NCBI GenBank assembly: GCA_036336835.1
Contig: JAYZFK010000022.1
Span: 1 to 15,354 of the forward strand
Source of the DNA: Myxococcota bacterium
GTDB lineage: Bacteria; Myxococcota_A; UBA9160; UBA4427
Direction: 5' to 3'
DNA: 15,354 nucleotides
Both the position numbers and the translations under genes were made by a program. This document shows, one piece after another, positions 1 through 5,341 of the stretch. Every line of letters begins with the position of its first letter. The first letter of the stretch is position 1. The notes under the pieces were generated by a model that saw only the letters and a program-made list of their open reading frames with translations, was not told the DNA's origin and made no database searches.

Positions 1-1
1 A

Positions 2-319
2 CAATTCTGCGACGGATCGGAAACCTGCCACGCCACACTCGACTGCCGGGCCGGAACGGCCGTGCCAGTCGACGACGGCGTCGGGTGCACCGTCGACAGC
101 TGCGACGAAGTCGGCGACGTCGTCGTCAATGCCGTCAACAACGCCAACTGCGACAACGGACAATTCTGCGATGGCAGCGAGACCTGCCACGCCACACTCG
201 ACTGCCAGGCCGGCACGACCGTCCCAGTCGACGACAGCGTGGCGTGCACCGACGACAGCTGCGACGAAGTCGGCGACCTCGTCGTCAACACCGTCGACGA
301 CGCTCTGTGCGACGACGGC
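2..319 (+). repeat. 159-bp in-frame tandem coding repeat, 2 copies visible (2-160, 161-319)
   Basis: Both units begin caattctgcga and share long identical blocks (acctgccacgccacactcgactgcc; cgacagctgcgacgaagtcggcgac). Confidence 0.92.
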
Positions 320-496
320 GACCCGTGTACCGTCGGCATCTGTGACGCGGTGAGCGGCTGCGCGAGCGTGCCGGTGAGTGGCTGCGGGGCCTCGGTCCCG
401 TCGTCTCCACGCGGTGCGAGGCTCCTGATCGTGCTCTTCCTCGCGGCCGCTGCCTTGCGCGAACTGCGGCGCGCGCGGCGGAGCGCATCCGTCTAG
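2..496 (+). CDS. C-terminal part (5'-truncated by window edge) of a Cys/Asp-rich tandem-repeat surface protein with a C-terminal membrane anchor/sorting signal
   Basis: Frame 2 is open from nt 2 (QFCDGSETCHATLDC...) to TAG 494-496. It has two 53-aa repeats with 6 Cys each (CTxDSCDE, CDxGxxC), resembling Dictyostelium CTDC-type repeats. It ends VPSSPRGARLLIVLFLAAAALRELRRARR (Pro motif, hydrophobic helix, Arg cluster). Confidence 0.85.
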   Translation, partial: QFCDGSETCHATLDCRAGTAVPVDDGVGCTVDSCDEVGDVVVNAVNNANCDNGQFCDGSETCHATLDCQAGTTVPVDDSVACTDDSCDEVGDLVVNTVDDALCDDGDPCTVGICDAVSGCASVPVSGCGASVPSSPRGARLLIVLFLAAAALRELRRARRSASV

Positions 497-502
497 TGCG
501 GC

Positions 503-658
503 TCAGCTGGCCGGCTTGCCCAGCTCGGCCTCGGGAACTCGCCACACGCCCCAGGCCCGCGCGGTCGCTTCGAGCTCCATGCCGTGGGCTCGCTGGTACG
601 CATCACTCGCGCGGTCCCAGTGGTCGCGGTTCTTGCGAATCGGCCCGCCGCGGCTCAT
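503..658 (-). pseudogene. Truncated class I SAM-dependent methyltransferase (51-aa N-terminal remnant)
   Basis: The ATG overlaps the nitroreductase stop (ATGA). MSRGGPIRKNRDHWDRASDAYQRAHG...AWGVWRVPEAEL matches the N-terminus of Methyltransf_11-type proteins (NRxxWDxxSDxYQxxHG...WGxWxxPExEL). The ORF stops before the expected VLELGCG SAM-binding motif, 6 bp from the convergent gene. Confidence 0.7.
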
Positions 659-1305
659 CGCGCCCGACCCCAGCCGTTCCAGTAGGTGACCTCGCTGGCA
701 GACTTCCGCTGGGCCGGCGCCAGCTTCGCGTCCTTGGTGTAGGCCACCGGGAGCAGCACGGTCTGCGTCACATCCTGCGGGATGCCGAGCGCTTCGGCGA
801 CGGCGACGCGCTCGCGTGCCAGCAGAGTCGTCCACGTCGTCCCGAGCCCCTTCGCGCGCAGTGCGAGCATCAGCGACCAGGCCGCCGGCAGGACCGAAGC
901 CCAGAAGCCGAGCTGCATGGCCGCATCGTCCGCGTCCGGGCGACCTAGCGAGCAGACCAGCACCAGGGCGGGCATCTCGTGCATGCGCTCGGCCAGCCCT
1001 CTGTAGGTCGTGCGCTCGTGCGGGGGCGTCGCGTCGCCCCAGTCGACCGGCGGTGCCTCGCTCCACTGCTGGGTCAGCGACTCGAAGCTGCGGCGGTACA
1101 GCTGCGCGATCGCGTGCTTCGGCTCGGGATCGGTCAGCACCAGGAAGCGCCACGCCTCGCGCTCGAGCCCCGTCGGCGCCTGCACGGCGGCTTCGATGCA
1201 CTCTTCGAGGACCGCCCGCTCGACGGGACGTTCGAAGTCGAGACGGCGACGCACGGAGCGCGTGGTCCGCAGCACGTGGAGGGCGTCGGGCACGTCGGTC
1301 AACAC
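655..1305 (-). CDS. Nitroreductase family protein (FMN-dependent)
   Basis: Motifs TTRSVRRRLDF, A..APTG...EAWRF, LMLALRAKGLGTTWTT and LLPVAY. Start is probably GTG 1305 or TTG 1302; the ORF-track extension to 1506 overlaps the LLM gene. Confidence 0.92.
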   Translation of the reverse strand: MLTDVPDALHVLRTTRSVRRRLDFERPVERAVLEECIEAAVQAPTGLEREAWRFLVLTDPEPKHAIAQLYRRSFESLTQQWSEAPPVDWGDATPPHERTTYRGLAERMHEMPALVLVCSLGRPDADDAAMQLGFWASVLPAAWSLMLALRAKGLGTTWTTLLARERVAVAEALGIPQDVTQTVLLPVAYTKDAKLAPAQRKSASEVTYWNGWGRAR

Positions 1306-1376
1306 GGGCCGAGAGGCGAGGCCAACACTCCCCCCAGCCCACCCGAAAGCGTGAGCGTGATCCAGCAGAGCTTCAT
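1299..1376 (-). CDS. Putative 25-aa mini-ORF MKLCWITLTLSGGLGGVLASPLGPC (peptide or gene remnant)
   Basis: A strong SD (GGAGGAG) lies directly before ATG 1376. Its TGA (1299-1301) overlaps the TTG candidate start of the nitroreductase (TTGA). It fills most of the LLM-nitroreductase gap. Confidence 0.4.
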   Translation of the reverse strand: MKLCWITLTLSGGLGGVLASPLGPC

Positions 1377-1394
1377 CGCTCCTCCAGCGCGCAG

Positions 1395-2282
1395 CTACAG
1401 CTTCGCGATGACGTCGTCCGCAAAGCGCTGGAGCCCGTCGCGCAACGTCTCCAAGGGGTGGCCCTTGACCAACTGCTTGTAGTCGACCGGCTTGCCGAAC
1501 AGCCACGGGGTAGTGAGCAGGTGCGTCACCCCAGCGTCTTCCATCCGCTTGAAGCCGTCGAGATCGAAGGCGTCGATGCAGCCGCAGTAGACCTGGAGAT
1601 CGACGTCTTCTCGGCCGTACTCTTTCTGCATCTGCTTGATCCTGGCAATGCCATCGCGCGTCTGATCCACCGTGAGGTAGGCGGGTGCCCAGCCGTCGCC
1701 GTACTTCGCGGTGCGCCGCATCGCGGGCTCCGAGATCCCGCCAATGACGATCGGGATGTCGCCCTTCATGCCGGGCGACATCGCGAGCGGCGGAAAATCG
1801 ATGTGCTCGCCGTGGTACTCGACGAGATCACCGGTCCACAGCAGCCTCATCGCCTCGATCATCTCGTCGTTGCGCTTGCCGCGCCCCTTGAACGAGTGAC
1901 CCAGGATCTCGAACTCGTCGTGCATCCAGCCGAGGCCGAGGCCAAGGCTCACGCGGTAGTTCGAGAGCAGTGCCGCGGTGCCGAGCGCCTTCGCGACCGA
2001 GAAGGGCTCGCGCATCGGCAGCACGTAGACGGCCTGGATGAACTCGAGCCGCTGCGTGACCGCTGCCATGGCGGCGGTCGCGACCCAGACGTCGGGCCAG
2101 GGTGTCTCGTGCGTCCACATGCGGGAGCCGTCTTCGTTGTACGGGTAGCGGGCTTCGATCACGTCGGGGTTCACCACGTGGTCGGAGAGCGCGAACGTGT
2201 CCCAGCCGTGTTCGTCGCCGAGCTGCGCGAGCTCGAGATAGTACTCGGGGTTCACGAACGAGAGCGTGCAGCAGAATTTCAC
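1395..2282 (-). CDS. LLM-class flavin-dependent oxidoreductase, probably F420-dependent (TIGR03619/Rv2161c-like)
   Basis: Motifs LSDHVV..P...RYPY..DG, WPDVWVATAAMAAVT, VLPMREP..VAKALGT, LGLGLGWMHDEF..LG, GGISEPAMRR.AKYGDGW. GTG start with GGAGG upstream. Confidence 0.92.
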   Translation of the reverse strand: MKFCCTLSFVNPEYYLELAQLGDEHGWDTFALSDHVVNPDVIEARYPYNEDGSRMWTHETPWPDVWVATAAMAAVTQRLEFIQAVYVLPMREPFSVAKALGTAALLSNYRVSLGLGLGWMHDEFEILGHSFKGRGKRNDEMIEAMRLLWTGDLVEYHGEHIDFPPLAMSPGMKGDIPIVIGGISEPAMRRTAKYGDGWAPAYLTVDQTRDGIARIKQMQKEYGREDVDLQVYCGCIDAFDLDGFKRMEDAGVTHLLTTPWLFGKPVDYKQLVKGHPLETLRDGLQRFADDVIAKL

Positions 2283-2301
2283 CGGTCGGGTCCCTCCGTG
2301 G

Positions 2302-3105
2302 TCATTCGTAGCCGGGGATGCCGGGCTGTCGATAGCCGGCGGTGAGCCCGCCGTCGATCACGAGATCGGTGGCCGTGGCGGTCGGACAGTCGTCGCAGGC
2401 GAGGAACAGGACGGCGCGCGCGACGTCGCGGATGCGGTCCTCGAACGTGTAGGCCTCGGGTGAGCGCAGCAGGCTGTCGGCATTGTGCTCGGCCGCCACC
2501 GCGGGGTCGACACCCTCTGGCAGATAGGGCGCCGACATCTCGGGGTTCCCGGCCTCGGGACAGACGGCGTTGACCCGGATGCGGTGGCGCGCGAGCTCCA
2601 TCGCCGAGGCCCGGGTGATCCCGCGCAGGCCCCACTTGGTCGAGGCGTAGCCCACCACACCGTTCATGCCCTTGACGCCGTCGCTCGAGGCCAGGTTCAC
2701 GATCGAGCCGCCGCCCTGCTCACGCATCACCGGCGCAACGGCGCGTATGCCGAGGAACGGACCGAGCTGGTTGACCTCGAACAGCGCAGTCAGCTCCTCG
2801 GGGCTGGTGTCGGCGATCGCTGCGATCTTCAGGATCGCGGCATTGTTGACCAGCACGTCGATCCGGCCGCCGAAGCGCCCGCGAACCTCGTCGACTGCGG
2901 CCTGCCAGTCCGCTTCGCGGCGCACGTCGAGGCGTCGGTATGCGGCGGATCCCCCCAGCTCGCGGGCGAGCTTCTCGCCCGGCTCGTCGCGCACGTCCGA
3001 GACCAGGACGCGGGCTCCCTCCTCGACGAACAGGCGGGCGATCGCAGCACCGGTGCCGCGCGCCGAGCCGGTCACGATTGCAACCTTGTCCTGCAGTCTT
3101 CCCAT
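2302..3105 (-). CDS. Classical SDR oxidoreductase, 3alpha,20beta-hydroxysteroid dehydrogenase-like, likely NAD(H)-preferring
   Basis: TGSARGTG, Asp after beta2 (SDV), NNAA, catalytic S...YASTK, C-terminal IDGG. SD GGGAGG lies before the ATG. Confidence 0.93.
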   Translation of the reverse strand: MGRLQDKVAIVTGSARGTGAAIARLFVEEGARVLVSDVRDEPGEKLARELGGSAAYRRLDVRREADWQAAVDEVRGRFGGRIDVLVNNAAILKIAAIADTSPEELTALFEVNQLGPFLGIRAVAPVMREQGGGSIVNLASSDGVKGMNGVVGYASTKWGLRGITRASAMELARHRIRVNAVCPEAGNPEMSAPYLPEGVDPAVAAEHNADSLLRSPEAYTFEDRIRDVARAVLFLACDDCPTATATDLVIDGGLTAGYRQPGIPGYE

Positions 3106-3191
3106 CGAGCCTCCCTGGCAGATCGCGGTCGGTGCTTGGTGGTCCGTCGTCCGTGGCTCGTGTCGCCTCGCGGGCGGCGCGAGAGCCCGGC

Positions 3192-3229
3192 ATCATACCG
3201 CGAGCCGCGCACCCGACGTCTGGTACAGT
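3192..3229. promoter_or_regulatory. Candidate divergent -10 boxes: TATGAT (minus, 3192-3197, SDR operon) and extended TGgTACAGT (plus, 3221-3229, P450)
   Basis: TAnnnT hexamers at plausible distances from both starts, in a background where TA is rare. Confidence 0.45.
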
Positions 3230-3261
3230 TCGCGGCCGGTCAAACTCCGCCCGAGGACGAG

Positions 3262-4437
3262 ATGGTCGCGTATCACCCCTTCGACGAGACGATCTGGGAC
3301 GAGCCGTTCGAGGTCTACCGGCAGCTGCGGGACCAGGCACCTGCTTACTACGTCGAAGAGCTCGACTGCTGGTTCATCTCGCGCTTCGAGGACATCTGGC
3401 AGCTCGAGACCGACCAGCGCAACCTCACGGCGAAGCCCGGGATTACGACGACGCACCTGCTGACACACCAGACCCCCAGCGCGCCGAACCTGACGTACTA
3501 CGACGGCCGCGAGCACACCACGGTGCGCTCCTACTTCAGCTCGTACTTCTTGCCGGGACGGCTGAGAACGCTCGAGCCGCGCATCCGCGGCTGGGCAGCC
3601 GAGGCGGTCGACCGGGTGATCGAGACGGGCCGAGCCGACGCTGTCCACGACCTCGGCGGCCCGCTCGCGGTGCGCGTGGCCAGCGCGATCCTCGGCCTGC
3701 CCGAGCGGGACGCCGAGCAGATCATGAGCTGGGTCAACGGCTTCTTCCACCGCGAGCCGGGCACGCGCGGCACGACGGACTTCGGCCTGCGCAACCAGAA
3801 CGAGCTCGGGCTGTATCTGTTCAAGCTCGCGGCCGCGGCGCGCGAGCACGGGGCGCCCGAGGGCACGGTGCTGCACAAGCTGTTGACCGAGGATCTACTC
3901 GGCGAGAAGCCGGACGACAAAGCGATCGCCATCCACCTGAACATGATGGCGATCGGAGGAACCGAGACCTTCCCGAAGATCTTCTCGGCCGCGCTCTACC
4001 GGCTGTGGCAGAACCGCGAGGCCCGGGCGCGCTGCACTGCGGACGCAGAGCTGCTGCCCCACGCGTTCCACGAGACGCTCCGCTACGACATGCCCACCCA
4101 CATGCTGGGACGCACGGTCAAGCACGACTTCGAGCTCCAGGGCCAGACGCTCCGCGCGGGCTCGGGCTTGATGTTCCTGTGGGGCTCCGCCAACCGCGAC
4201 GAGCGAGAGTTCGAGCACCCCGACGTCTGGGATCTCGACCGTCGCGCACCGCGCATCCTGTCGTTCGGGATGGGCCAGCACATGTGCCTCGGTGCCCACG
4301 TCGCTCGGCTCGAGGGCCGCATCCTGCTCGAAGAGGTGCTGCGCCGGATCCCGGACTACGAGGTCGACGAAGCCGGCATCGAACGACTCCAGTCCGAGTT
4401 CTTCCGCGGCTTCTGGAAGCTCCCCATCACTTTCTAG
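3262..4437 (+). CDS. Cytochrome P450 (391 aa)
   Basis: I-helix AIGGTET, K-helix ETLR, SANRDEREF..PD, heme motif FGMGQHMCLG. ATG 3262 is preceded by GAGGA; the ORF-track extension to 2485 is antisense to the SDR. Confidence 0.96.
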   Translation: MVAYHPFDETIWDEPFEVYRQLRDQAPAYYVEELDCWFISRFEDIWQLETDQRNLTAKPGITTTHLLTHQTPSAPNLTYYDGREHTTVRSYFSSYFLPGRLRTLEPRIRGWAAEAVDRVIETGRADAVHDLGGPLAVRVASAILGLPERDAEQIMSWVNGFFHREPGTRGTTDFGLRNQNELGLYLFKLAAAAREHGAPEGTVLHKLLTEDLLGEKPDDKAIAIHLNMMAIGGTETFPKIFSAALYRLWQNREARARCTADAELLPHAFHETLRYDMPTHMLGRTVKHDFELQGQTLRAGSGLMFLWGSANRDEREFEHPDVWDLDRRAPRILSFGMGQHMCLGAHVARLEGRILLEEVLRRIPDYEVDEAGIERLQSEFFRGFWKLPITF

Positions 4438-4447
4438 AGGGACCGTC

Positions 4448-5296
4448 TCAGTCCTCGAAGCTGGGCGGGCGGTCTTCCTTTCGGGCTCGGACGGCTTCGT
4501 CGAAGTTGTCGGTGGTCAGGCGGACGTAGAGCTGGGTGTGGCTCTCCAGCTCGATGGCAGCCGAGAGGCTCGCGGTCTCGAGGCCGGACCACATCATCTT
4601 CTTGGTGAGCTGGATGCCCTGGCGGCTCCAGCCATTGATCCGGTCTGCGAGGTCGAGCGCCTCGTCGAGCAGGCGCTCGTCGGGCACGCAGCGCGAGACG
4701 AGGCCAATCTCGGCCGCCTCCTTCGCGTGCACGTCGCGACCGGAGAGCATGATCTCGAAGGCTCGAGACGAGCCGATCGCGCGCGGCAGCAGAAACGACA
4801 GGCCGAGCTCGGTCGCGGTGAGTCCGTTGTTGATGCCCGCCGCCCGAAAGTAGGCGGACTCGCCGGCGAGCCGCACGTCGGCGCCCAGCGTCAGGCACAG
4901 CCCGCCGCCGATCGCGGCCCCGTTGATCGCGGCGATCACGGGCTGCGGCATGCGCCGCATCGCCGGAACGAGATCCGCGAGGATCGACATCGAGCGGGTG
5001 GCGATGCGAGTGAGCGTGAGCCCGGCGATGTTGGGCGGCGGCGCCGTGCCCTGGGTATCGGCGCCCGAGCAGAAGCCCTTGCCGGTGCCGGTCAGCACCA
5101 CGCAGCCGATGTCGTTGTCGTGCGCCAGCTCCTCGATCGCGGCGTGCAGCGGGATCACCTGCTCGAACGCCATCGAGTTCATGCGCTCCGGACGATCCAT
5201 CACGATCACCGCCGTATGCGGCCGCGGCCGCAGGATCCGGATGAAGTCCCGGTCGCCGCTCTCGCTTCGGCTCTGGTCGAATCTGCCCCAGCTCAT
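4448..5296 (-). CDS. Enoyl-CoA hydratase/isomerase (crotonase) family, EchA12-like
   Basis: FCSGAD, AAINGAAIGGGLCL.L..DVR, FRAAGINNGLTATELGLSFLLPRAIGSSRAFEIMLSGRDV. From memory, this closely resembles mycobacterial EchA12. SD GGGAGAGG. Confidence 0.93.
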   Translation of the reverse strand: MSWGRFDQSRSESGDRDFIRILRPRPHTAVIVMDRPERMNSMAFEQVIPLHAAIEELAHDNDIGCVVLTGTGKGFCSGADTQGTAPPPNIAGLTLTRIATRSMSILADLVPAMRRMPQPVIAAINGAAIGGGLCLTLGADVRLAGESAYFRAAGINNGLTATELGLSFLLPRAIGSSRAFEIMLSGRDVHAKEAAEIGLVSRCVPDERLLDEALDLADRINGWSRQGIQLTKKMMWSGLETASLSAAIELESHTQLYVRLTTDNFDEAVRARKEDRPPSFED

Positions 5297-5335
5297 CGCC
5301 TCTCCCTTGTCCTGGTGGGAACCTGGTCGGCCGGC

Positions 5336-5341
5336 ATTCTA
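5336..5341 (-). promoter_or_regulatory. Candidate -10 box TAGAAT for the crotonase gene, overlapping the ybbP stop codon
   Basis: 5/6 match to TATAAT, about 40 nt upstream of ATG 5296. Confidence 0.45.

Noticed and set aside
2..319. Repeats considered as a CRISPR array or DGR template/variable repeat pair
   Set aside because: They are contiguous in-frame coding units with no spacers. Differences are not confined to adenines, and no reverse transcriptase or cas gene is in the window.
500..530. Imperfect inverted repeat AGCTGG...CCAGCT at the methyltransferase breakpoint, as an IS scar or terminator
   Set aside because: Only a 6-bp stem; no target-site duplication or U-tract.
816..2345. 509-aa plus-strand ORF, and similar ORFs 2940..4529, 5934..7235 and 11964..13613
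   Set aside because: Shadow or alternate frames of well-supported genes, with no recognisable domains.
2302..3105. Mycofactocin-dependent SDR
   Set aside because: Lacks the characteristic insertion after the second beta-strand Asp, and no mft genes are nearby.
3167..3183. CTCGCG-N5-CGCGAG inverted repeat in the SDR/P450 spacer as an operator
   Set aside because: A short GC-rich stem is expected by chance, and no regulator gene is in the window to support it.
2485..3261. N-terminal extension making a 650-aa P450 'fusion'
   Set aside because: The extension is antisense to the SDR. P450 homology, the SD and the -10 all point to ATG 3262.
503..5296. Secondary-metabolite or RiPP biosynthetic cluster (P450 + methyltransferase + small peptide + nitroreductase)
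   Set aside because: No scaffold enzyme (PKS, NRPS, YcaO, radical SAM, RRE). The methyltransferase is truncated and the enzyme set looks catabolic. The mini-ORF is kept only as a separate low-confidence observation.
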